Below, piece after piece: positions 14,127 to 25,903 of a stretch of 54,476 nucleotides of DNA (its first letter is position 1; every line of letters starts with the position of its first letter). This DNA comes from Chiloscyllium plagiosum. Lineage: Eukaryota. A program made the position numbers and the translations under genes. Below the pieces are notes generated by a model, which saw only the letters and a program-made list of their open reading frames with translations, searched no databases and was not told the origin of the DNA. The DNA lies in assembly GCF_004010195.1 (NCBI RefSeq), contig NC_057718.1, positions 16,832,192 through 16,886,667 on the forward strand. Reading direction: 5' to 3'.

Positions 14127-14161
14127 TGAGCATCGGGCTAAAGAGGTGGTGTCTGCTATGG

Positions 14162-14368
14162 TTCTGGATCAGTGGTGCTGGAAGGGCACAGCAATTCAGG
14201 CAGCATCCGAGGACAGGCAAAATCGACGTTTCGGGCAAAAGCCCTGAAGGGCTTTTGCCCGAAACGTCGATTTTGCCTGTCCTCGGATGCTGCCTGAATT
14301 GCTGTGCCCTTCCAGCACCACTGATCCAGAATCTGGTTTCCAGCATCTGCAGTCATTGTTTTTACCTC
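14162..14368 (+). mobile_element. Short PLE-tail insertion containing a perfect 84-bp-arm inverted repeat, 14-bp TSD
   Basis: Arms 14162-14245 and 14248-14331 with loop GA. TSD ggtgtctgctatgg at 14148-14161 and 14369-14382. Sits inside a Rex1-like LINE. Confidence 0.9.
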
Positions 14369-15269
14369 GGTGTCTGCTATGGACCTGTTGCGATCGTAGG
14401 CAAATGGCAAGGGGTCAAGGCAGGCTGGGAGACTAGAACTGATATGAGCCATGACTAAACTCTCGAAGCACTTCATTATTATGGTGGTCAGAGACAGGGG
14501 GTGGTAGTCATTGAAGCAAGTTAAATGAGTTTTTTTTGGTACCAGGATGGGGGTGGTCTTCTTCGAATAGGTGGGTACTTCAGATTGTAGTGCAGAGGGA
14601 TTAAAGATGTTAGCAAATATTCTCACCAGCTAGTCCGCATCAGATCTGAGTGCACGGCCAGGGATTCCACCTGGGCCAATTGCTTTCCATGGGTTCATTA
14701 TCAAAAAGGTCAATCTGACGTCTGCAGCAGTGATTGAGGGAACAAGTGCATCCAGGGCTGTCGGGGCAGGTGACACCATTCGCTGACCTTCTGTTTGAAC
14801 TGAAAATATATGAAGTGCATCAGGAGGAATGTATTTTTGATTTGGAGATGTATTCTTGTCTGCTATTCTGTTCTGTTATGTCATGTATGCCTTGTCATCT
14901 ATGGCAGATGTCCATGTGGTTAGTTTGGGTCTCTAACTTAGGCCAGTATTGCCTCTTGGCATCTCAAGTGGCCTTACAGATGTACTATCTGGATTTCCTG
15001 TAAAAGTTAGGGTCATCAGACTTGAACACTGCACACCTAGTCTTCTATAGGCAATGGATATTCTGGTTCATTCATTGTTTCTAATTGGAGAATAAATGGA
15101 TTTATTTCTGGCATGCAGTCCTCGACACACTTACTAATGAAGTCCATGACGGTAATGGAATACTCATCTAGGTTGGCCACTGAATTCCTGAATATGGACC
15201 AGTCCACTGATTCCAGGCAATCCTGCAGAAGCTCTTCCATTGTGACTTTTGAGGATTCGTGGCCCACAT

Positions 15270-15910
15270 TGAGGTTCAGGTTGTAAATTTGCTCACTGAG
15301 CTGGAAGGTTTGTGTTCAGGCGTTCCATCACCATGCTAGGTAATATCATCAGCGAGCCTCCGGTGAAGCGCTGGTGTTCTGTCCCACTTTCTATTTGTGT
15401 GTCTTGGTCTCTTAAGGTGGGTGATATAGATTTCAGTTCTTTTTCTCAGAGATGGGTAACTGGGGTCCAAAGCTATGTGTTTAATGATGGAGTTACGATC
15501 TGAATGCAAGGCTTCTAGGAATTCCCATGCATGTCTCTGTTTTGGCTGTCCTAGGATGGATGTATTGTCCCAGTCGAAGTTGTGTCCTTCATTGTCTCTA
15601 TCTAAGGATACTAGTGATAATGGCTCATGTCTTTTGGTGGCTAGTTGGTGTTCATGCCTGTACTCAGGACTGTAACAAACACTGCATCAAACAGACAGGC
15701 AGAAAACTAGCCACCAGGATAGATGAACACCAGCTAGCCACCAAAAGACATGACCCACTATCACTAGTATCTTTACATACAGACAACGAAGGACACCATT
15801 TCAACTGGGACAATACATTCAACTGAGGGACAGGAGGGGCAGTGCTGTGGAAGCTTGTGATTTTAAATAAACCAGTTGGTCTATAATCTGGTGTCATATG
15901 ACTTCTGACT
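15270..15910. mobile_element. Second PLE family (Penelope/Poseidon-like GIY-YIG) fragment with internal inversion
   Basis: CNKHCIKQTGRKLATRIDEHQLATKRHDPLSLVSLHTDNEGHHFNWDNT on plus (15670-15820). An inverted diverged copy lies at ~15560-15660, with its tail running leftward on minus. Confidence 0.75.
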
Positions 15911-17421
15911 TTTTAAAAAAAACTAGAGAGATGCAGAAACTTGTTCATTATGTATGTTCAAGACAAGAAATAGACAGATCATAATCAGTATGGGAATTAA
16001 TAATGAAGACACGGTAGAAAGTGAAATTGAGGACTATCAGATCATATATGATTTCACTGAATAATAAAGCAGGCAATGGACTGAATGGCCTACTTTTGCT
16101 CCTACATCTTAGAGATCCAGGGCTGGATGGCAAAACTGGTTGTGTTATGTGTAAAGGAATCACAAAGCAGATGAACAATATTAACATTTTTTTGGTATAC
16201 ATTCAATTTATTTCGGAAAGTTACAAGTGAATCTGCTTTTGTGCTGCTTTCATGCTTAACTGTAAATCATAAGACATAGGAGCAGAATTAAGCCATTTGG
16301 CTAATCAAGTCTGCTCCTCCATTCAATCAAGGCTGAGATGTAATCTGGTATGACCTGGAATGAACTGAGATGAGGAGGAATTTCTTCAACTAGAGGGTGG
16401 TTAGTCTGTGGAACTCATTGCAGCAGCAGGCTAAGTTACAGAGTGCATTTAAGACAAGAGATAGATAAATTCTTGGTTGACATGGAGATCAAGGTTTATG
16501 GGAGAAGGCAGGAGAATGGGGTTGAGGAACATCTCAGCCATGATTGAATGGCTGAGGTCCGGTTAAAGAAATTGTGGATACGAAAGCATTATGATGAATG
16601 GGTAGCCAAGGGTTAGACAATTGGAATTGAGAAAGTGAAGTTGTAAGCAACTGTGGGTGTAGTTCCCCCCAGGAGCAGATACTTAAATAATTGGAATTGA
16701 AAAATGATAGAGGGGGTGGAGGGTGAGCAGTGAAAGACGGGTGTGGCCATAAACAATGGCAAAACGAAATTGGGAGTTGGAAATGAGGGTGGGAGTTCAT
16801 TCTGGTGAGGGCATCCCTAAGTTGATAAAAAGGCGTGATGAACAGCTGGTTCCAGTATCACACTAATACAAATTATTTTAAGTTCATACATGTTCAAAAT
16901 GTATGTATTTCTTTACTCCACTACTCCTGTAGTTACATCTAAATAACTCAACTGAAATCAAATCGACATACGTTTCAGTACAAATGTCACAATCTATGTT
17001 ATATGTTTGCGAGGCGAATCTACAGAGTGCTGAATGTGCTTCACAAATCTTTGTTGAGTTGTTATTTTTTACATTCATATTTTGTAAATAAATTGAAAAA
17101 GGGGCAAAACGTTTGGTCCTAAGTACACTGCTTTTAATTACAGCACCAGTATATTTCCCCCATAGGGCGTTTGTCCTGCCAACCAAGGTGTAATTTCAGC
17201 AGTTCCAGAAAATTCACCAGACAAACTTTCATCTCTACACAGTTAACAATTTGATGCAACATGAGTACACAGCAGATGTTTCATTGAACGTACAACCTAT
17301 CGGCAAATACAGATGTTACGACAAGGCTTGGAGACGAACCTCGGCCTTGCTCATCCGAGCCTTTAACTGACAGCTGTCTCCGACAATAGAGGCTTCCCCT
17401 TCGTGTTGTTCGCGCACTCAC

Positions 17422-17485
17422 CTCTTAAACCTTTCAGATACGCCTCCAAATCGTCCTCGACGTTTGACTCGCAGGAGGCCTTCAT
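17422..17485 (-). CDS. SDCCAG8: SDCCAG8 coding exon 1 (MKASCESNVEDDLEAYLKGLR, phase 1 end)
   Basis: ATG at 17485 at the edge of the CpG island; 64 nt ending AGA G|GTGAGT (consensus donor). Resembles the recalled human N-terminus MAKSPENSTLEEILGQYQRSLR and splices in frame to the next two exons. Confidence 0.85.
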
Positions 17486-17489
17486 GTGG

Positions 17490-18160
17490 CCCAATTATAC
17501 AGCGAAAGGTTAAAAGTACCTCTCGATGAAAAAGAACAACGTTGACAAGGTCGATAACTGAAAACGCTCCGTACAGCTTTGGTTAAACTCCAGCGCCGCT
17601 GACAGGACACAGCCCCTGAACCAATCAGCACCGAGTTCAAATTAAACTTTGGGCTTCCTTTCACCATAGAGACATCGGGTTCAGTGATGGAGGCGTCACA
17701 ACAGAGGATGCTGGGGACTGTAGTTCTACGTAGGAGCCAATGAGGAAAACGGGAACAGGGCTTTGGACGTTTGATAGGATGGCTACCTCAGGCCGATAGA
17801 AATACAACTCCCAGAAATGCTTGCGAGATGGTTTATGGGAGAATCCGACTGTCTGGCATTATTTTTTCCCGCCCTTCCATCAAATCCAGCGGTCCACAGT
17901 TTAGTTCCCACCTGGTGCACGCACCCACAGCCGCTGCGGGCGCGATGACGTCCAGTCCGCGGTCACGATTGGTCAAGAGCACCGTCAGTCACGAGTGGGT
18001 TAACTTTGCCTTGATTGAGCTTGGGGTTTTTGGACGTTGTCCATGGCCCGTGGTAGTCTGCGCATGCCTCAACCAAATTCTCCTCCCCGCCCCCACCTAA
18101 CCGTCCATTCTGCTCGAGCGGCCGCTATGTGGAATAACGTTATTGCCGAGCAACGGGCGT
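17490..18160. promoter_or_regulatory. CpG-rich bidirectional promoter shared by SDCCAG8 and CEP170
   Basis: Highest CpG density in the window outside young repeats. Two opposed ZNF143/Staf-like motifs (minus aactacagtccccagcat ~17708-17725; plus aatacaactcccaga ~17801-17815), CCAAT boxes (~17621, ~17737, reverse ~17968), CRE-like TGACGTC ~17946, NRF1-like TGCGCATGC ~18059, GC box ~18085. Confidence 0.8.
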
Positions 18161-18207
18161 GTTGCTGATGTTTGTCTGAGCCTGGGCAGGGCAGCTGCAC
18201 TGCTAGG
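18095..18207 (+). other. CEP170: Probable non-coding first exon of CEP170 (5' start uncertain)
   Basis: Strong donor AGG|GTGAGT at 18208 inside the CpG island, downstream of GC-box and CCAAT motifs. The coding exon at 50355 has an acceptor and so needs an upstream exon. Confidence 0.55.
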
Positions 18208-20692
18208 GTGAGTCTGCCACACGGAAATGCCGAGGTGATAAAGGCTACAGATTTGTGCACACCCGTCTGGGTGGTGGATTTTAATATTTTGAAGACGAAA
18301 TGGAATAACGGTTCGAGGAATTGTGTATAAAATGCCGTTGGGTGGGGGAGGGGCGTCTGATGTGGAAGCGATCATCCCGCAATCGCCGCCTGACAGGTCG
18401 CGGTCTGTGGGGGACTTTTTCATGGGCTGCTTCTTTCAAGTTATTATTTTGGATTGTTGATGTTCCCACTGTTTTTCATTGAAACGAGTGGCTCAGAAAG
18501 CGAGAAGGCGATTCGAGGTTCAAATGGCTATCCGTTACTTTATCTTACTCATGTGCTCCTCCAAACCTTTAATAATATCCCCTTTCCCACCACCCTTCAC
18601 TTCTGCCCCCCCCCCACTCGTTCCTTACTGTAATGTATTCGTACTACCTCTATGAATTTAGTCTAAATGCCGTTCTGAAATTTAATGTTCGTTTGCATTT
18701 CACTCCTCCCTTTTCTTAATTTAACGGATTTTTCATCGAGATTTTATTTTTAAAAAAGCTTTGTAGTTAGCATGCCAATGGATCCAAATGCACAGTACTA
18801 AACCGGTAAACGATTATGTTTCTTTTTTTTTAATGTTTCTTTTTGTTACCCTGAACAAAGGAAGCTTTGGGTTACACCACGGAATTCCATTTGAAGGTCT
18901 GCTTTTTATTTAATCGACAATTTGAGATGGAAACTCCCTTATTTTAGGTTAAATCGACGCATCTTAATCTTTTGACCGATTCTGTTCTGATTGTTAAAAC
19001 AGAATACGGTAATACAGAAGTAGTATAGCTGGATAGGGACTATTAGCAAATTTCTGGCCGACTGCCAGTACAGTAGGGGCATGGCAAATCTTGTGAAACA
19101 GATTAATCATTACTTATCATTTTGAAATGTAATTATTAGATTTATTAAATTATTGGCCTTGATATTGAAAATGCATCGAAATGTATTACATTGCGCTCGA
19201 AGCCAGATACAATTCATTTATAAAATTCTTCAGAAACATTTCACAGGAAATGTTTCCTCTTCCTGTACATTCCCGCTAAGGAATAGGGTCACATGAAACT
19301 GGCTGGAGTGTTTCCTTTTCGGATTTCATTTCAGCAGCGTGTCCCTTTCCTGTGTGCTTTATATCGAGGCATAGTTCAAGTAAGTTGGATCCCATTCATA
19401 TAAGTCAGACGCCTTTTCAGTATTTTTGACAGTGAAACAATGCGTTATTGTGTAGCCTTTTCAAAGGACAGGACAAGAAGAAAACCTTTGTTATTAGACA
19501 TAAAATGGAAGATAAGTGGTCATGCTGGAACTTATTTTAGTGATAAAATCATAATTGGAACATTATTGGAGCATAAGACAGACCATAGAAATTGAAAACT
19601 CTATGGACTCACGTGTTTGTGTATCAAAAGCTGCACAGGACCACAAATAACCTGAACTATAGTCGCCTATAATCAATTGAGGCCAGTCAACTGAGTCTTA
19701 AGTAAAATTTGTCCAGTTTGAATTTTGTGAATCTATTGAACTCTAAATTAAAATACCTCATTCTATTTTTATCTGTACCTTTTAAGATGTTCACAAATTA
19801 ATAGTACCATTGATTGAAATGTGATTTTATCAAATTAGGCACTTGTCTAACCACCTTTTTGAGGTTTGGCAATAAAAAAAGTTTTTGGGCACAACTATGG
19901 TAACTATGTCATACAACTTTAACTTAGAATCATAGAATTTTAGTACAGGGCACCATCTGATCTATTGTATCTGTACCAGCTCCTGAAAGAGCTAATCAGT
20001 TAGTCCTGTCTCTGTATATTTCTTTCAAATATATATCCAGCTCTCCTTTGAAGCCTCCTGTGGAATCCACCTCCACTATTGTCCAGTATCACATTCCAAA
20101 TTCTAAAATCTGAGTGAAAAAGTTTTTCCCTGCTTCACTCCTTGCTTTCTTGCTGACAATCTTGACCTGCAGTTACTGAACTTCTGCCCTATAGAATAAG
20201 ATTTGCTATAATTTTCCTTTTTCTAGCTTAGTCTTTTCAGCTTTCTTTCTGCTTTTTAATTCTTTTAACAGTCTGAGTTATACTGAAGGTGGTCTCTACT
20301 GGTCCCATTTGTTAAGCCAGAGCTTTATATTTTATTTTCAATCTTTATTTTGAAACTAATAAGCAGTAGAAAAGGGGCTCACAGCATGGCTAGAATCAGT
20401 GAAGAATGAGAAATAAATCAGTTAATGTAAACTTTGGACCAGGAGTCCATGGTTGACTGTCTTTCGAGAGTGACATTTAAACACTAATGCATCTGCTTGT
20501 ACAGGTGGCTATAAAAGATCCCATGACATCTTTTCAATGAAGAGCAGAAGAGTTATTCCTGACGCTCTCTGGCCAATGTTTATCCTTCAAAAAAAACTTA
20601 TCCGAAACAGGTTATTCCCACATTTGTGGGAGATCGTGTGCAAGTTGACTCATGAGTTTTTAATCTTTACAATGTGACTGCACTTCAGAAAT

Positions 20693-20855
20693 GGTCTGCA
20701 CTTCAGAAAAAGCACAGCAGGAATCATTCCTGATGAAGGGCTTATGCTCGAAACGTCGATTTGCCTGCTCCTCGGATGCTGCCTGACCTGCTGTGCTTTT
20801 CTAGCACTACACTCTTGACTCTGATCTCCAGCATCTGCAGTTCTCATTTTTTCCT
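20693..20855 (+). mobile_element. Short PLE-tail insertion in a DeuSINE, 12-bp TSD
   Basis: TSD cacttcagaaat at 20681-20692 and 20856-20867. A short inverted piece (aaaagcacagcagg) precedes the hammerhead motif and tail. Confidence 0.85.
20726..20760 (+). ncRNA. Minimal hammerhead ribozyme motif, intact core, sense to CEP170 intron 1
   Basis: AUUC-CUGAUGA-A-GGGC(UUAU)GCUC-GAAA-CG-UC^GAU. Confidence 0.65.
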
Positions 20856-21576
20856 CACTTCAGAAATACTTCATTGATTGCGAAGCGCTTTTGAGTATCC
20901 TGTGATCATCAAACATGTTGGATTATTGCAAGATGCTCTCTTTTGACTGGGTTCTAGTGTTGGGTAGGTTTAAGAGGAACAGAATTTTGGATAAACGGAA
21001 ATTTACAAAGAGCATAGGATCTGAAATCCACAGGGAGAGCATTGAAATTGTGGAGGTGACAGATTTGAATGAGGGTTTTAGTTGCAAAAAGATTGAGTCT
21101 CCTGAAACACAAGTTTTTTATTAACCTGGCTGTAAGCAGTCTGAGGTTCCTTAACATGTATTTGAATGTTATGCGCGTGATGTGTTTGCATCTTCAATTA
21201 TGAGTTTTTATCTGAAAATAGTGGAAAGCTTTGGGGTTTCTTCCCTGGGGAACAAATCCGTTTTTATTAATGCACTGTTTCAGGGAAAAAAGAAATTTTA
21301 ATTGGTTAAAAACTGATTTTAAAAAGTCCTTTTCTTTGTTCAGATGAACATGCAGACTTATCCAGGTTTTTGTCAGTGCCACTTTTGTAAAGGGGTGCAT
21401 TAGAAGTCTGACTCAAATTAGATGTTAAGGACAAGGAGTATGTCACTTGCAATTTTTCTAACTCGTGGAAAAGTTATTATTTCTAAAAGTAAAGGTAATT
21501 TCTAAACCAGACTGATTATGTACAAAAATCTGAAAATGAAAACAGAAAATTCTGGAAATACTAGTCTGGCAGGTTG

Positions 21577-24095
21577 AGATCAACTAGGCAAAAGTGAGGA
21601 CTGCAGATGCTGAAAACCAGAGTCTAGATTAGAGTGATGGTGGAAAAGCACAGCAGGTCAGGCAGCATCCGAGGAGCAGGAAAATCGACATTTCGGGCAA
21701 AAGCCCTCCATCAGGAAGGGAGGCAGGGAGCCTCCAGGGTGGAGAGAAATGGTGGGTGGGGCTGGGGATAAGTTAGCAAAGAGTACAATAGGTGAGTGGG
21801 GGTGGGGATGGAGGTAATAGGTCGGGGGTTGGAGCAGATAGGTGGGAAGGGAGATTGGCAGGTAGGACAGGTCATGAGGTCAGTGCTGAGCTGGAAGTTT
21901 GGAACTGGGGTAAGGTGGGGATGGGAAATGAGGAAACTGGTGAAGTCCACATTGATGCCCTGGGGTTGAAGTGTTCCGAGACGGAAGATGAGGCGTTCTT
22001 CCNNNNNNNNNNNNNNNNNNNNNNNNNNNNNNNNNNNNNNNNNNNNNNNNNNNNNNNNNNNNNNNNNNNNNNNNNNNNNNNNNNNNNNNNNNNNNNNNNN
22101 NNNNNNNNNNNNNNNNNNNNNNNNNNNNNNNNNNNNNNNNNNNNNNNNNNNNNNNNNNNNNNNNNNNNNNNNNNNNNNNNNNNNNNNNNNNNNNNNNNNN
22201 NNNNNNNNNNNNNNNNNNNNNNNNNNNNNNNNNNNNNNNNNNNNNNNNNNNNNNNNNNNNNNNNNNNNNNNNNNNNNNNNNNNNNNNNNNNNNNNNNNNN
22301 NNNNNNNNNNNNNNNNNNNNNNNNNNNNNNNNNNNNNNNNNNNNNNNNNNNNNNNNNNNNNNNNNNNNNNNNNNNNNNNNNNNNNNNNNNNNNNNNNNNN
22401 NNNNNNNNNNNNNNNNNNNNNNNNNNNNNNNNNNNNNNNNNNNNNNNNNNNNNNNNNNNNNNNNNNNNNNNNNNNNNNNNNNNNNNNNNNNNNNNNNNNN
22501 NNNNNNNNNNNNNNNNNNNNCCCACTGAACTCATCTCTACCTACCTCGACACTGTCCTATTCCCCCCTAGTCCAGGAGCTCCCCACATACGTTCGATACA
22601 CCACCCATGCCCTCCACCTCCTCCAAGACTTCCGTTTCCCCGGCCCTCAACGCCTCATCTTCACCATGGATATCCAATCCCTCTACACCTTTATCCACCA
22701 TGACCAGGACCTCCAAGCCCTCTGTTTCTTCCTCTCCTGACGTTCCCAACAGTACCCTTCCACCGACACACTCATTTGCCCTTAACAATTTCTCCTTTGA
22801 ATCCTCCCACTTACTCCAGACCAAATGGGTAGCCATTGGTACCCATATAGGCCCAAGCTATGCCTGTCTCTTTGTTGGCTACGTAGAACAGTCTATCTTC
22901 CGTAATTACACCGGCACCACTCCCCACCTCTTCCTCTGCGACATTGATGACTGCATTGGTGCCACCTCATGCTCCCGCAAGAGGTTGAACAATTCATCAA
23001 CACATTCCACCCTGACCTTAAATTTACCTGGACCATCGCTGACACCTCCCTGCCCTTCCTGGACCTCTCCATCTCCATTAACGACAACCGACTTGACACT
23101 GACATTTTTTACAAACCCACTGACTCCCACAGCTACCTGGATTACACCTCTTCCCACCCTACCTTCATCAAAAATGCCATTCTGTATTCCCAATTCCTCC
23201 GCCTCCGCCGTATCTGCTCCGTAACTGAGGAGGACCAGTTCCACCACAGAACACACCAGATGCCCTCCTCCTTTAGAGACTGTAATTTCCCTTCCCACGT
23301 GGTTAAAGATGCACTCCAACGCATCTCGTCCACATCTTGCACCTCTGCCCTCAAACCCCACCCCTCCAACCGTAACCACCCCCCTGGTGCTCACCCTCCA
23401 CCCTACCAACCTTCGCATAAACCAAATCATCAAACGACATTTCCGCCACCTCCCAACGGACCCCACCACCAGGGATATATTTCCCTTCCCACCCCTTTCC
23501 GCCTTCCGCAAAGGCCGCTCCCTCCATGACTACCTGGTCAGGTCCACGCCCCCCAACAACCCACCCTCCCGTCCTGGCACCTTCCAATCGCACCGCAGGA
23601 ATTGCAAAACCTGTGCCCACACCTCTTTCCTCACCTCCATCCAAGGCCCAAAAGAAGCCTTCTACATCCATCAAAGTTTTACTTGCACATCCACCAATGT
23701 CATTAATTGTATCGGTTGCACCCGCTGCGGTCTCCTCTACACTGGGGAGACTGGACGCCTCCAAGCAGAGCGCTTTAGGGAACATCTTTGGGACACCCGC
23801 ACCAATCAACCACATCGCCCTGTGGCCCAACATTTCAACTCTGCCGAGGACACGGAGGTCCTGGGCCTCCTTCACTGCCGTTCCCTCACCACCCGACGCC
23901 TGGAGCAAGAACGCCTCATCTTCCACCTCGGAACACTTCAACTCCAGGGCATCAATGTGGACTTGACTCATTTCCCCTTCCCCCACCTCACCCCAGTTCC
24001 AAACTTCCAGCTCAGCACTGTCCCCATAACTTGTCCTACCTGCCTAGAAGGGCTTTTGCCCGAAACGTAGATTTTCCTGCTGCCTGAACTGCTGT
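21577..24095 (+). mobile_element. Penelope-like element (Neptune-like): inverted 3' copy (21577-22002, minus), N gap, then plus-strand RT, Cys-rich linker, GIY-YIG and tail
   Basis: Motifs IFTMDIQSLYT, QTKWVAIGTHIGPSYACLFVG, FLCDIDD, LPFLD, IFYKPTDSHSYL, RRNCKTC, CGLLYTGETGR...RFREH spread across frameshifted ORFs. An inverted terminal copy is typical of PLE insertions. Confidence 0.9.
22003..22520. other. Assembly gap
   Basis: N run inside a PLE. Confidence 1.
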
Positions 24096-25903
24096 GGAAG
24101 GAGAACCATCAACATCCTTACTCCCCAGCACTGCAAACCATGCCCCCACCCCTCACCCCCAACTATTGCTCAAATGCTGCCCCCTACACAGTTCACTTCA
24201 GCTCTGAAGAGTTATCTAGACTGAACATTAGCTTGCTTTCTCTCTATGGATGCTGCCTGACTCACTGATTTCTGGTATTTGTTTTCAACATTTTCCAATA
24301 GTTTCCAACAAATTATAATTTGGTCCTAATATAGAAAAATTTAAAGATTGCGGGATCTATTCAGAGATATTTGACCTTTTAGAGAGACAGCAGGGAAGGC
24401 AAAAATGGTGGGTTGCACTATTAATAACCGAAATGACTACAGTTATGGAGATGATCTAGGCTCGGATGATGTAGAGTCCATTTGGGTGGTGGTAAATAGA
24501 AACAGCAAGGGAAAGAAGACATTGTAGGTGTAGAGTACAGCCTGCCAAATAATAGACACTGCGGGAAAGACCATAAAGCACAAGTAATAGGAGCATGTAA
24601 AAAGAATAAAGCAATAATTATGGGTGACTTGCATTTTCATGTTGATTTAGCTTAAACAAATTGGAAAGGGTAGCTACAGCAGTGAATTCGTAGGGCACAT
24701 TAAGGATAGTTTCCTAGTGCAATATGGTGCAGCTAATCAGGGAGCAGGTTATCTTGGATCTGCTGATGGGTAATGAGGCAAGGTTAACAACTTATCTCTT
24801 GAGTAAAAGATTCTCTTGGAAGTAGTGATCATAATATTACTTAATATTCAGTTTGAAAGTGAGAAACTTGCGTCGGAAAGAATTGTCTTTCACTTAAAGG
24901 GTATTACAATGGAATGAGAGTAGAGTTAACTAAAGTAAACTTGTCAGATAGATTAGCAGGAATGACAGTAGGCAAGCAGTGGCAGACATTTTTTTAAGGA
25001 GGTAATTATTGACTCAGCAAAAATTTATCCAATAAGGAGGAAAGATTCTGAGAAGAATAAATCAACCATGGGAAACTAACAAAGTTAAGGTGGGTATTAA
25101 GTTGAAAGGTGAAGCACATAGGAGGCCCTGGTCAATGATAGCCCTGAAGACCTGGATAAATTCAGAATCCAGCAAAGGAGAACTAGAATGATGATGAAGA
25201 CAGAAAATAAACTAAGAGGGCTAACTAGCGAGGAATATAAAAACTGATGCTGAGAGTTTCTTTAGATATGTAAAAAGGAATAGAGAGGTCAAAATGAACG
25301 TAAGCCCCTGAGCAATGAATCTGGGGACATGTTTGGGGAACAAAGAAATGGCAGAGGAGTTAAACAAATTTGTACCAGTCTTTATCTTGGAAGACACTTC
25401 AAACATTCCATAAAAAATAAAGAGTACAGGGGAGGAATTAAGTAGCATCACTATCACCTTTTTTTTTGACGAACTAATGGGATTAAAAACAAGTTCCTTG
25501 GCCTTGATGGCTTGCATCCGAGAATCCTAAAAGAGATAGCTACAGAGATAGTGAATGCATTGGTTGTACATTTAAAAAAAAAACCCTTGGATGCTAGAGA
25601 ACTACCAAAAGATTAAAAAATTGCTGTTGTGATATGCCTGTTCAGAAAGGTATAAATCAGGTAACAATAGGATTATTGGCAAAATATTGAAATCAATTAT
25701 TAAGGAAGTAATAGCAGAATAAGTGGAAAATCATAATCCAATCAAGCAAAGCCAGCATGATCTCATGAAAGGGAAATTGTATCTAACTAATTTACTAGTT
25801 TTCAAGGGACTCATAACCAGTATGGAACCAGTCGTATTGTATTTGGACTTCCAGAAGATATTCAGCGAAGTACCTCATAAAAGATTGTCATAAGATAAAA
25901 GCC

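Larger units (their letters stand above)
12890..15240 (-). mobile_element. Degenerate Rex1/Babar-type LINE with nested SINE tail and PLE hairpin
   Basis: LLQDCLESVDWSIF, VPKKTHLTCFNDYHPLSLTTIIMKCFESLV...LDPLPFAY, FLGVTMTTNLSW...VKKAKQCLYFLRRLRKF and WYGNCS...KKLQRV fragments. Confidence 0.8.
20480..20945 (+). mobile_element. DeuSINE-type (SacSINE1/AmnSINE1-like) element, interrupted by a PLE tail
   Basis: Deu-domain-like taaaagatcccatgacatcttttcaatgaagagcag...ctggccaatgtttatccttca and L2-like tail tacttcattgattgcgaagcgcttt. Confidence 0.65.

Noticed and set aside
17482..17667. 61-aa minus ORF whose stop overlaps the SDCCAG8 ATG (ATGA)
   Set aside because: It starts among the promoter motifs, upstream of a CCAAT box at ~17621, and probably upstream of the TSS. 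No homology recognised.
17771..18469. ORFs of 60-109 aa in the CpG island
   Set aside because: Expected by chance in GC-rich sequence; no recognisable protein.
21792..22740. Long ORFs of 180-300 aa (also 40181-40995)
   Set aside because: Artefacts of translating through N runs.
22521..24095. Active autonomous PLE
   Set aside because: Several frameshifts and stops, altered catalytic motif (CDIDD), and an internal deletion removing the ribozyme core at ~24045.
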